A stretch of DNA of 51,339 bases from Saprolegnia diclina VS20. Its lineage: Eukaryota. Shown here one piece after another: positions 22,614 to 34,063 of this stretch. Location: NCBI RefSeq assembly GCF_000281045.1, contig NW_008246069.1, positions 1,105,627 to 1,156,965 of the forward strand, given 5' to 3'. The notes beneath the pieces are model-generated. The model did not search any database. It was not told the origin of the DNA and saw only the letters and a list, made by a program, of their open reading frames with translations. Within the stretch, counting starts at the first letter, position 1. Each line of letters begins with the position of its first letter. The translations under genes and the position numbers were made by a program.

Positions 22614-23159
22614 GGCGTCCGGCGCAGCTGTCCAGCGCTGCAAGTTCGAATCTGGACGCTGGATCGTAGAGTGGGACAAAATGTATCAACTCTACATGTT
22701 GAAACGAAAGCTTTGAACGCTCCAAGGCAGACTACGAGCTGCAATCGAGCCGATAAGCGCGGAGCCGGCGACAAGAAGGGCGACGCAATGTCAAGGGATT
22801 TATACCCTTGTCCAATGCCATCCTTTACTACAGTAGTAGCCCTGGGAGGCCCCACCCGAGGCCGGTTCTGCAAACGACGGTCACTTGGAGGTCGACCCTT
22901 GCACCACGCACCTGACCACCCAGCAAGAAGGCGACTCGTCTCCTGTGCAACTACGATCCCAGTAGTCTCAAACACGAGCACGCACTCTAGAGCACGTCAC
23001 TCACTCGGCACCGAAGTGCCCATTCCAAGCCGATACGCAGCTTGAAACGGAGGTTTCTCGAAGCTTGGCTCCGCACTGCGCCGGGTCCCAGGCAAGAAGC
23101 CATGGCCAGCGCTCGTTGAGCCGTTGCTCGCAGCTTCAATCGCACTGTGTATTTTCTTC

Positions 23160-23450
23160 ATGAAGCCATCGCACGCCCACTACATGCGCGGTTGGTTCAC
23201 CGACCCGGCCATGTACCCGCTGCTGCTCATTGTTCCGCTGCCGTTGGCGCTCGGAGCGTACTGCGGCTTTCGATACTGCGTCAACTGCCCGGAAGTTCGC
23301 TGGCGCAAAGAGACGCGCCACGACCCCCTCTTTCGGTCGCACGAGCCGTCGGGGGCGTCGTTCTACGCCCACGCCCACGCCTTGGCGCGGTTGAAGCCCA
23401 ACGCCATCACGCGCGTTAATGATGCACATCTGCAGGACAAGGACAAGTAA
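23160..23450 (+). CDS. NDUFA4/B12D (MLRQ)-like small mitochondrial membrane protein
   Basis: MKPSHAHYMRGWFTDPAMYPLLLIVPLPLALGAYCGFRYCVNCPEVRWRKETR matches the family pattern W..DP..YPL-TM-R....P[DE]V.W.K..R. 96 aa, intronless. Confidence 0.75.
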   Translation: MKPSHAHYMRGWFTDPAMYPLLLIVPLPLALGAYCGFRYCVNCPEVRWRKETRHDPLFRSHEPSGASFYAHAHALARLKPNAITRVNDAHLQDKDK

Positions 23451-23514
23451 GTAGAACATGAATATGCAGCCACGAGTAGCATTATGCAAGGCGTCGATCG
23501 CGTCGACAAGTGGT

Positions 23515-24168
23515 CTAGTTGAACTCGCTAAACACAATATCGCAGTCGTCGAACTTTTTGCTCGCGAGCTCGGGCGGCGGCACGCACTTCCAGCCGGCGT
23601 AGAAGAAGCCGCCGAGGCAGACGTAGAAGATGCTCTCAATGTTGGTCGGGTCGATGGGCAAACTCGGGTGGAGGAAGAAGACGGCCGTGCAAAACGCCGC
23701 CAGCAGCGTCGCCACCAACGCCTCGGTGCGGCGCAGCGGCAGCATGCGGGCGCCCGGGACGACGAGCCGGCGCAGCACCACCGCCGAGAACGCCACGGCC
23801 ACGAGGAGGAGCGAATGCGTGTGGCGGAACTGCCCGTCCTTGGCCTTGACGATCCACGCGAGCGCAAAACCGAGGTATCGGAGCGTGATGTTGACGTTCT
23901 CGTACGGAAGCGCGAGCAAGTGGACGCAGAGCAAGTACAGGAACGAGACGTAGAGGACCTCGAGCATTGCGTGCCACTGCACGGCCGTGAGGAAGAGTTC
24001 GTTGGCCGCTGTGAGCTGCGCGCAGTTGAAGCAGACGGCAACACACACGTGCAAGAGCCCGATGAACATTTCAAAATGCCGCTTGTTGCGCTGCATAATG
24101 TAGATGGACGGAATGACACTGAGGTCGGCCGCTAGCTTGAGAACAAAGCCTGTGGTCACCGACGCCAT
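23515..24168 (-). CDS. Multi-pass membrane protein, TMEM8/DUF3522 (CREST superfamily)-like
   Basis: 217 aa, about 7 hydrophobic segments. Pattern DLSVIPSIYIMQRNKRHFEMFIG...CFNCAQ...LFLTAVQWH...NITLRYLGF..WIVKAKDG resembles protist TMEM8-like proteins. Confidence 0.6.
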   Translation of the reverse strand: MASVTTGFVLKLAADLSVIPSIYIMQRNKRHFEMFIGLLHVCVAVCFNCAQLTAANELFLTAVQWHAMLEVLYVSFLYLLCVHLLALPYENVNITLRYLGFALAWIVKAKDGQFRHTHSLLLVAVAFSAVVLRRLVVPGARMLPLRRTEALVATLLAAFCTAVFFLHPSLPIDPTNIESIFYVCLGGFFYAGWKCVPPPELASKKFDDCDIVFSEFN

Positions 24169-24951
24169 GTTTGCCACGAGGACTTGGTCTGTAGCGTGCG
24201 CGGTAGCGAGGACAAAGTAAACTGAGCGAAATGAAGTCGCTAGTTGGCAGCTCGCCGCCAAAAAACATTCGAATTCGATGGATCGCATAAGCTTGGTGCT
24301 AGAGGGCAATGCGCTGGGATTGGCTCGTTTGACGAGCGACGCTTGGACGAGGCCTTTTGGAGGCGCGTCGTTTCGATCATGTCGTCCGCTAAAGCTGGTT
24401 GCTCGACGATATCGCTGCGTTGATGGCTGGAAAATGCTTCGCTTCACGTGGGCACAGGATGTCTGTCCTCTTGGCGTTGGGGCGCTCTTTGGGCTCACTT
24501 AACCGGATCCGGATAAAGATACGCATCGCGATTGTTCAAGCTGGCGATCTTGAAGAGCCAACGTTTTCGCATTAAATTGTAGAGCTCGGAAAAATCTCAA
24601 AGTCATGGAGAGACTGACACTTCACAGCGCACCGTCGAAAACACACGAGTGCTTGGTTCCGAGATGCACAAGGTATTGCCGGTATACCAGTCTTCGGGAC
24701 GCGAGCCTCCCATGCAGCGGGCCACAGCGACCATCAAACGCCGATTATCCTGGCGCTCGAGCTCTGTTGGCTAGGTCAGAGTGAAACGTGGGTACAGAAG
24801 GGCACCGGGAGTTGTGAAAAGGCTCCGACTTGCCGACGCAAAACCAAACCAGTAGCGGAGCTGTTGCCGACTTGTGATGCTTGAAACCTTTAGTGTCGAG
24901 GCTCCCGTTCGTCCCAAGATATTTCGTAAAAATGAAATGTCGTCCAGCTCA

Positions 24952-26682
24952 TCACAATGTTAATGGTTCAACGTCAACGACTCGAGCCATGCCCATATCT
25001 GCGTGGACGGCAATGTGGCAGTGCGTCATGGTGGGCCCAACAACCGACGGCCGAAACCTACGATGTCTGCTTACGCACCAAAGAGCCGTGGAGTTGACGT
25101 ACCATAACTGGAGAGTACCGTGGAGCAGGGGCACCGTGTCGCGCCAGCCTGCTTGACCGAGTACGTGGAAGTGCGTATTGTGGATATGAAAAGGGTGGTT
25201 GATATCACCGGGGGCAGCAATACGCACGCACCACAGCTGCGGCGATCCAACAACAATGCTGTCACGGCTCTCCATCGAGAAGGCTTCGCCGTTGACGCCG
25301 TAGCCACTCATCGCAGTGTCGTTGGCGATAAATGTATAGTTGTAGTTGCAGGCCCGTGGCAGCTCTGGTGGCACCGTCATGTACGACGGCAAGCTCACGT
25401 GCAATGGCTGTGGCCATGCCGACACCGCCGAGACCATGTGCTCGAGAGCGCTTGCGATGCGCAAGCGCAAAAGCGGCTGCGATGGCACGCGGTGGTGGTG
25501 GCCAAATTCGGGTGATCGTGCAAGGTCTTTGACGACGTCGATGGAAACGTCCTCGGTTTGTGGCGGACATTGCACCTACCGTAAAGAGTCGAGTGGTCCA
25601 CTAGTCACCAGCGCGTCCAAGTACCAATACGTCGGCGCGGCCACCGGGCGGCACGACGAGCGCGTCGTCAAGAGGCGACCACGTCTGCAATGTGATCCCG
25701 TCACGCGCAAGGAGCAGCGTCGTGCAGTTGTTGGCGGCAGGTGAGGCGATTTCTACCAAGTTGTTGGCGATGGCGTTGATATAGCGCAGACGCGTCCAGG
25801 CAAATGGTTGCACATCGATGATTGGCACCGAGAGTCCGTTGACAAGGGTGTACAGTCCCGAGCTGTTGCTCTCGAGGCGTGATTTGAAATGCCCCGACGG
25901 CTCGGCCGCCATGTGTCCTTCTATTGCGCGCGCGGTCGCATCATGCTCATGGCCACAGTCCTTGGCACAAACGGCTTGGATGAGAATCACGTGGTCGTTC
26001 TTTGAGCTCAGTTGCGCCGGCAAGTCTCCCGGACGGTCCAAAACGACGAGCGCGCCGGCGAGGAGCCCACCAATCTAGGCAAGTGTATACCTACAGTCTC
26101 GCCATATTCTTCTGCAGAGGGTGTGTACCTGTGCGTTGAGAAGACCGTGGACGTGAGGATGGTACCAGAAGGTCCCTGATGGGTGATCCGATGGCACGAT
26201 GTACTTGAAGATGCGCTTCGAGCCAGGCGCGAGCGCAACACCGTCGTGCCCAATGTGCTACGCACCAAAGTAAATATTTTCAAACACGGCAGGCGTACTA
26301 AGCCGTGAAGGTGCAGGCTCGTGCGATTGGCAGCGCCAGGCCCCAGATCGTTGGCGATATCAAAGACGAGGTGATCTCCTGGCGTCACAACCAGCGTCGG
26401 GGCTGGCACCGACCCATTGAACGTACGCGTCGTCACGCACAAAACCGTGTCGTCGTGCATCCGCAGCTCGACGCGCGCCGGCTTTAGCGTCAAGGGCACA
26501 ACAAGTTGCTGCTCAACGAGCTCGACGTTGATACCGTCTGGGGTCGCGATCGTGGCCTCGTGTAGCCAGCGGCGGGCCCGTGGCGACGCCAGGGTCCACT
26601 CAAGGCCGACTGCCCATCGCTGCAAAAGAACGCAGCTAAGGAAACAGCGTAGCACGGCGCGGGGATTGGCGCAGCCCACCAT
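24952..26682 (-). CDS. Three-domain multicopper oxidase (laccase/CueO-like), probably secreted
   Basis: All four Cu-binding motifs are present across exons: TSLHLHGL, HPSGTFWYHPHVHG, HPFHIHN, THCHIAVHADMGM (Met axial ligand). Also FNGSVPAPTLVVTPGD, LVVPPGGRADVLV and WRDTV. Hydrophobic N-terminus; start codon tentative. Confidence 0.88.
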
Positions 26683-27079
26683 CAAAAGCGGATCCAAATC
26701 ACCACCTGTGGGAGTTTCCCGTTTCAGTGCTCTTTCTGTAGCCACCACCGCGCCAGTATTTCGTACTAGTACACACTTGTAGGAGGACATCCCACTGAGA
26801 TCTTATGCATCAAGCTTACATTATGTTACCCACAGTGCGAGAGCTTCGATAGCTCTCAAAGTGTGGTCAACTTTTACCATCTATGCGACTTGATGGGCAA
26901 CCTCGTGACAATGGAAGAAATGGTCACGCGATCTATTTACCGCTTTGTGATTCGCTCCCGCGTCGTTCATATCCCACCAGTGAGAATTGCTGTGAAAAAA
27001 TTGAAAACCTGTGAAAATCAATACGTATTGACGAACTTCAACGTGCAGTACATCACATGTGTGCGGCCAGGCTCCATAG

Positions 27080-27130
27080 CACGATGCGAGCCCACGATGC
27101 GAGCCCACGATGCGAGCCCACGATTGCGAG
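27080..27130. repeat. 13-bp minisatellite (CACGATGCGAGCC) x3 plus a degenerate fourth copy
   Basis: Three perfect copies at 27080-27118 followed by cacgattgcgag. Confidence 0.9.
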
Positions 27131-28145
27131 GCGACACGAGACACGAAGGTTCTATGCAGTCGGTACCTCCTACGCTATGATAACGCAGTTCGCACCATCT
27201 CTGTCCGTTGTACGTGGTGATTGAAGCCGCACCAAAGGTGGCTTTGCCTCTTCGTCTTTACACGGTACTCACCGCGACGGCTACTACACTGTACGGCCCA
27301 CTGGCTCTTGGTCCAGAATGATCGCAAATGGCGGCTTGATGCTCCGTGCATGGAGTTCACGAGCGCGAGGCGGATACGTGGGCAGTGTACTGAGTACGGC
27401 AACGTCACGCCGGCAACGTCGCTTGTCAAGATCGCTCACTTGTTGCGCACGCTCGTTAGTGCCTGCACGCACCGCACGCCACCTTTGTTACACATCGAGG
27501 CGGTCGTGCGCACGCGACATTGGAATGCGACCAACGTGACCACTCGGCTCCTTTTCGGACGTGAGCAACCATTTCTTTGCCGAACATGGTCGTCCTGCCG
27601 AGTCGATCTCAGGGCCGTCGTAGCGCTGCCCTTTGGCGATGGCAGAGGCGGCCGCAAGTGGTAACATTCTATCGTCGGTCGTACAACAGCTCGTCCTGTC
27701 CTCGGCGCCGACTGCCTGTCCAAACTATACTCGCCGCCAGAATATTGCCAGCGTCTCGATAATAAAAAAGAGAAACCACCGCGTGTCTCTTGCGTATTGT
27801 ATGCGGTTTTTTGCACGTAAAAAAAGCAAACCTCTCAGAACGCATACGTGGCCGGACCTTGCAGGCACCAGCTGGGACACGCGCCGCGCTTCGGCAAGGG
27901 AAAACCTCTCACAACGGATCTGACATTACTGCCTGAACCACTTGGTGTTTGTATACCGATGTAAAAACGCTACAGCCCTTGGTAAAAACGTCTCGCAGGC
28001 GGACAGGCATACGCAGTATCACATCTCGACTTCTCGTTGCCGACGAAGGAGACGACGACCCAGGTACGCAGGCGAGCGTGCCACGTGCAAGCGGCTCATC
28101 CTGATCATGCGCTAGCACCCTTCACCGACGACGAAGCAACTCGAG

Positions 28146-28885
28146 ATGGCTCCCAACGGCGCAATGTACACGGAACCTACGGCGACGACACCGCAGCCGG
28201 CCATGCACGACAGCGACACCGTCATCTTCCTCGACTGGGGTACGTTTGGCCGCTACATGGCGACGCATGGCTCACTCGAGTGGCTGTAGACGATACGCTC
28301 TTGGCGTCCACGTGGGTTGGCAAGCTCGGGCTGCGGCCAAAGTACGTCAACGAGAAGCCGCACATCCCGGACGACGTCAAGCTCCAGCTTGAAGAGCTTG
28401 AAGAGTGCGTGATTGCGCTCCTGGAAAACGCGATGAAGTATGGCCGTGTCGTGATCATCACCGCCGCCGAGACGGGGTGGGTCGAGCTCTCGGCGTCGCT
28501 CTTCATGCCACGGACGCTGCCGATCATCAACAGCATGATCAAGGTCGTCTCGGCGCGCTCGACGTACGAAGAGCTGTACCCGGGTGCGCCCAAGAAGTGG
28601 AAGATCGAGGCGTTCCAGCACGAGGTGTACAACCACAGCGCAACGACGACGCCCAAGCACATCATCTCGATCGGCGACGGCCCGACCGAGCGCGAGGCTC
28701 TCATCAACCTCAAGATGTCGTCGTACGCGTCGTTCCACGCCAAGTCGCTCAAGCTCATCACGTACCCAAACGCGATCGAGCTCAAGATGGAAGTCCGCCT
28801 TCTCTTGGACAACCTCCACACGCTGTGTACACACGAAGAGGACATGGACCTCCAAATTTCCAAGGACGTCCTCCAAGCCGCATGA
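28146..28885 (+). CDS. HAD-superfamily hydrolase-like protein (DWDDTL family conserved in protists)
   Basis: The intron at 28240-28289 joins VIFLDW-DDTLLAST (HAD motif I DxD). Motif II VIITAAETGWV, motif III WKIEAF, motif IV ISIGDGPTER. Additional upstream exon(s) near 28000-28063 are likely, so the start is uncertain. Confidence 0.8.
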
Positions 28886-29318
28886 GGCGCCGTCACGACG
28901 CCGTATTTTATAAGTAGTTTTGTGCAACAAGCCCGTATAATTAAGACCCGACACATTAATCGTAGCGTCTCGCCCAGAGAATGACGCACTCTCGGACACA
29001 GGGTGGAGTAGCTTGGTGGTAGTAGTAAGCTACTCCTGCCGCAAGCGCAGTATCAACTGCCCAGAGCTTGAAGCTGAGTTGAGAGTCAGATATGCTTCGA
29101 TATGAGGCACTACTCGACATGTCGCCCAGGCAGCTTGGCCGCTGCCCGCCTCGGTCTTGCCCACCTAGCTCTTGCCCAAGCCCGCACGGAACTAGTACCT
29201 CACGGGCGGGACAACGGGCGGGAGGCTTGCGCTCCAGACAGTCCAACAGCATGGCGCCGTGTATGTCGTGTCTACAGCTCATCATCGACACTATATTACA
29301 CAGCGCGAGGCTCGCTAG

Positions 29319-29869
29319 CTAGTCCGAGTAGAGACCAAACACAATGCACGTGGCCCAGATCGTCTCCTAGCCGGTCGTGAGTTGCGGTGCGAATGAAACT
29401 CTGTACATTGTGAAACTCGGCGGACGCGTGGTTGTCGTAGTCGTTGTCCCAGAGACAGCGCGACGCAATGCGGACGTCCTGGAGCTTTTGCTGCCCCACA
29501 AAAGCTTGCACAATGATCTTGTAGCGCGGAAAGGCGCACTCGGCTACGCCAGTCGTCCGGACGAGCAATGGAGTCGAGAGTACTACCTCGGATGCGGTTC
29601 TTGACGGCATCGGCAATCGCTGTCGACCACTGCTTGGCGTCCTCTTCGTCGTACTCTTTCGCATCGAGCTCGCGCTGGAGACACTCGGCGACGATGCCAG
29701 ACACCTTGCGCCGACGAAACCTAGCTCAGGCTCGAGACTGGACGCTACTGCGCAGACGGTACTTTTCGTCGTCGGTCGGCGCCATAATGTACGTGGGCAT
29801 GTAGATCTTGATGACCGGCGCATTCTTGGACGAGGTCGTTCCCGTCGCGGCAGGCTCTGTCTCGGCCAT
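29319..29869 (-). CDS. Tctex-1 family dynein light chain (TCTEX1D2/DYNLT2B-like)
   Basis: Four exons: PTYIMAPTDDEK | FRRRKVSGIVAECLQRELDAKEYDEEDAKQWSTAIADAVKNRIR | FPRYKIIVQAFVGQQKLQDVRIASRCLWDNDYDNHASAEFHN | ETIWATCIVFGLYSD*. Confidence 0.92.
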
Positions 29870-30038
29870 GGCTGCGTCGCTTCGGTCTTGGCGCTTCGAA
29901 ATGGATCTTTGAGTCGAGCCAACCGTCCAGCATTATTCGTTGCAAATGGCGAACTGGTCGATGCCAGAGGGTGCGTCGAGGAGCCATACTGGCGGATGGG
30001 TTGAACATGATATTTGCATTCGACTATGAGGTATTTGT

Positions 30039-31276
30039 CTACGTGGTCTCCGACTCTGGGGTAACAGCGATCTCCGTCACTGGGGCAGCTGCGACGACTT
30101 TGGTGCGGTACTGGACGGCCCGGCCACCATAGTACGCCGTGTTGCTAAACGCAATCGTGACGACGCCGTCGCTCCTTGCCGTCCACGAGTCGTGGTGCAG
30201 CTCGGGCGTGTGGCTGAGGCGCTGCTGGAAGAGCATCACGACGGCATCGAGTCCAGCGTCGAGAGGTCGGAAGCTCACGGCCACGTCGACGGGCTTGCCG
30301 GGCACCCCGACGGCGTAGAGAAGGCGCCGCCCGCCTGTGACAGCCACTTCGATGCGCTCGGTTGCACGCGCGGCGGCGAGAAGCGTCGCGCACCCGTCGG
30401 CATCAAATTGCACGAGCGGTCGCGTCTGTGAGTTGGGAATGTTGCCGATGCACCCGTTGCCGTCGCATGCGCAGCGACCGCCAAGGAACGTGGGCACGTC
30501 GTCGAGCTGCAAGTACGCCGAGAGGTACGGGCACGACGCCAGCGACGCGCCGCCGGGGCACACGACGACGTTGGCCAGCGTCGCGGGGTTAAGCCACGGC
30601 TTGATGACGCGAAACATCCACGACAAGAGCGACGGCGTGTTGAGGAGGATCGAGCGACCAACCATTTGCGGGTACATCTTCTCCGCGAGCTGACTGCACT
30701 CGCCGAGGAGCTTGGTGAAGCGCGGGTCCGACTTGGTCGTGAGCGAAAAGCCGGCAAAGTCGAGCACGTTGATGCCTTTCACGAGCCGCCGCGTCGCGCG
30801 CGTTCTCGCCTCGAGGTAGCTGACCATGCTCTCGCGCGACAAGAGCATGTACTCGAGGATGTCGTCGTACGCCACGTTGCGCAAGAGCGACTTGGCGTTG
30901 CAGAGCCCGACGCGCACGTAGAAGAGAGGCTCGCCCCGTGACGTGTACTTGTGGTCACCGACCACCTACGCCGCGGCTCGATCTGTATCCCAATGACGCC
31001 ACGTACCTGGTATTTCGTGATCTCGTCGTGCCACGGCGCCTTGGCGCCGGCGCGGATGCGGCCAAGGACCTCGGCACGCTCGGTGCGCCAGCGAATCGTG
31101 TCTCGGATCGGCACTTCGCAGGCCGCGGGGCTGCCGTTGCTCATGATGAAGCGCATGAGCCAGATGTCGTCGTCAAACTCGGGTGTGAGCGCGTCGCGGA
31201 CGAGCGCGCGCACGGCGGCGATGCTCTCGGCGTGGGTCACGAGCAGCGCGTCTACGTCCCCTTGCTCGTCGTCCAT
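30039..31276 (-). CDS. SEC14/CRAL-TRIO lipid-binding protein with C-terminal GOLD-like domain
   Basis: CRAL_TRIO_N (DDDIWLMRFIMS...TIRWR), one intron near 30968-31007, CRAL-TRIO (GEPLFYVR...INVLDFAGF...YPQMVGRSILLNTPSLLSWMFRVIKPWL...DVPTFLGGRC) and a beta-rich GOLD-like tail (DGVVTIAFSNT...VQYR). Confidence 0.88.
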
Positions 31277-32004
31277 GCTGGAAAAAGTTCACGTGCACTG
31301 CCATCAGTCTTCCTAAGTACGCTTGTAACTGTAACACACTAATTAAAGTATACAGTATATAGAGTGAATTTGGATGCAATCAAGATGGGCTTGTGGACCG
31401 AGTTCCTGTTGCAACAACAGTACGAGTCGCACCATAACCGTAGATCCTGCTTATTATAAGGCCAATGAAAGCTGGACGGTGTGAACAACAAGGTTTAGCG
31501 TGCACCGGAGAGCTCATTCAGGCTCGGCGCGTCATGGGTCGTGAGTGACGTGCATTTGGTACCCGCAGCCAAAAGGTCAATTCGATGGTGATATGAGCAT
31601 GTTGCAAAGTTGAGCCGCGTCGATCTTGTCTATAGTGACTGGGAAATGGCCCTTTGTGCTGGAATACGAGGCAGTCGCATCCGGCGTTCAAGGCTTGCAT
31701 CACACACGCCGCGCAATCCACCCGCAAGACAACCCACCTGTGATTTGCTTGCGCTAATGACACGATGAGTTGCGCCGCCCATCATCCGCGAATGCAGCAT
31801 TTGGGCTGCGCCCGTGGGCACTGTCTCAGCCGATCAATGTCAAAATGGCGATCTTCGAGGTCCTCGAACCCACGACACATCACAGCAGTCATAGTGCGTC
31901 CAGCTGCGACACCGAGACACTGTGTCTAGAATAACGACCTTGGCGTCGCGAAACTGAGTCATTTTACGGGACAGTCTACTCAATCTATTGGCAATTACAT
32001 AATC

Positions 32005-32733
32005 TTAGATGGTGTCGTGACGTTGTGCGGTTGTTGACGTTGTCGGTGCTATCACAAGTGGTCGTGGCTCGGCTAAATCCTCATACAAGAGGCGGCTTGT
32101 GTCAGAGAGGCTCGGTGAGACGCGACGGTAGCCCATGATGACGTCTTCGTACCGCTCGAGGCGCGTGACCTTGCCGTGCTCGCCAAAGTAAAATGTATAA
32201 AAGACCGTGAGCTGCATGGCTTGGCCGATGAGGAAGCGTCGGTCGAGATCGGGCACGTGTTGAAAGAGATTGCCCACGACGGCGTCCGTGAGCACGTACT
32301 CCAAGACGCCCGTGACCTTGGCGATGCAGCAGTCGGCGCAGCCGTCGCCAACCACTTGGTACGAAGTGGCTTTAAACGTGTGGGCCGGGAAGAGCTTGGT
32401 GTCGTGGCGCAGTTTCTGGATGAGCCCGTGGAGCCCGATGGACTCGTCGTAGAAGATCGTGTGCACGTCCGGGTCCATGCACGTATGCAGGAAATCGATT
32501 TGCTTGTTATGGTCAAACGGCACGCTGAGGTTGATGCCCTTGGCGAAGAGCCGAATGTAGTCGTGGACGGTCTTGAGCGCGTGGCTTCGCATGTCGAGCG
32601 CCCGCGGCTTGGCCATGCGCACGAGGAGGTCCTTCTTCGCATTGAGCCGGATGATGTCCTGGCGTAGCGCCACGACGCAGAGTCCAAGCGCCCGCTTCTG
32701 CTCCGTGGACTGCTTGTCTTGCTTCGTGGCCAT
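32005..32733 (-). CDS. Oomycete bZIP-family protein (zipper plus conserved C-terminal domain), no basic region visible
   Basis: Zipper-like LGLCVVALRQDIIRLNAKKDLL followed by KTVHDYIRLFAKG...QIDFLHTCMDPDV...LFQHV...LIGQ...FYFGEHGKVTRL...D, the conserved C-terminal domain of the expanded oomycete bZIP family. Intronless. Confidence 0.72.
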   Translation of the reverse strand: MATKQDKQSTEQKRALGLCVVALRQDIIRLNAKKDLLVRMAKPRALDMRSHALKTVHDYIRLFAKGINLSVPFDHNKQIDFLHTCMDPDVHTIFYDESIGLHGLIQKLRHDTKLFPAHTFKATSYQVVGDGCADCCIAKVTGVLEYVLTDAVVGNLFQHVPDLDRRFLIGQAMQLTVFYTFYFGEHGKVTRLERYEDVIMGYRRVSPSLSDTSRLLYEDLAEPRPLVIAPTTSTTAQRHDTI

Positions 32734-34063
32734 CGTTTGGCTATGTTGAGAGCCCAACTCGTCACATAAAAACAGCGCGTGCCCATGTGCAATGCTATTT
32801 ACAGCCGTCGACTCTTTTGCTGTGCTGCCCAAACGGTTGCAAGGAAGGAGACGCTGCACGCAAGGTTGTAGACAACTCTATCGGTGCGACCACTCGGCCT
32901 CTGTTTTGCGGCGATGTGCTCAACGCTTGTGGGCGGCGTGTTTCTCTACCAGTAGTATACAGTGCTTCTCCGATGACGTCAGGCTCGTCTGAACGACCAA
33001 CGACAATTTTTCCAATACAAAAAAACAGCCAAGGACTGGAGTGCCAAGCAACACGATGGAAACGATGGCGTCGGCAAGTATAGCAGGCGACAGTACGCTG
33101 TGTTGCGACGTCGGTCGGACGGTGGCGCACCGACCATTCGTTGGATTTTCGAGATTTGCAAAAGAAATTTGTACTAGGTGAGCGGGCATGGACACCAGCG
33201 GACACCGACAGATGGATGGGTGTATGCGCAGCAAAAATGCCATCCCGATGCCGCAGTGCATGCACTGGGGCGTCTTGCTGACCTCTTGACCTCGCCCGTG
33301 ACACTGAATGTGATTTTGATGGCAGTGGTCTGCCGTTGACGGCAACAGGGACAGAGCCTCGACATCCTATTTTGCGAAAGTGACGGAGACTCATGGCAGG
33401 TGCCTTTTATCAAGCGACTTGGTGGTGATGGCAAGCCTGTCGACTTGTGTCTTACTATAGCAGCGTCGCCATGCTATGACGTTAACGCTACTCGAATTCG
33501 TCACGATCCTCGTTTCCCGCCGTCAAACCTAAGCCTGGAGCGTCCGACTTTGTCGTTGCTCGTTACCACGTGGAGATGAAGAAAATGTTTCATGCGCTGC
33601 AGTCATAATGTCCTTTGTCAGTGCTAATGGACGGGCGAAATTTGACGAGCCAAAGGTTCCGTACTGGTACTGGTAGAAAATTCTGGGTGCAAGGGGCAAT
33701 AAGAAACTTCTTATTAGGAAACCACTTATTGCCCTTGCCCAAGAGGCGCCTCTGTACAAAACTCGGTCTTGCAGGTCCTCTCGGGCGCCTCGTACGACCA
33801 AGTCCGCAGGCGTTCGTACACCAGCCACGAGACGTCGCCGATCGCTCGAACAGCTCGATAGATCGTTCGCTGCCAGCGACGGTGGATTGCAGTGCCGTTT
33901 CTTACTGAAGCATACCACACAGGATGCACCTGCCGCACTCTGCGCGACCAGCAACGGTACAGTACTGCACGACGCTGGTGCTGTTCGCGAGGGTTTTCAA
34001 TGGGGACGAGAGAAGAGAGCTAGTAGTTGATGAATGAATGAATTGATGTTTTTTGTTGTTAAC

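Noticed and set aside
22640..22660. GTTCGAATC T-loop-like sequence (similar motifs near 31855-31875 and 35703-35712)
   Set aside because: No pairing T-stem, acceptor stem or anticodon arm, so not a tRNA.
26800..28000. Short ORFs in intergenic stretches (also 5780-6570, 31350-32000, 32860-34000 and 41950-42700)
   Set aside because: Lower GC, no codon bias or motifs; treated as promoter or intergenic DNA.
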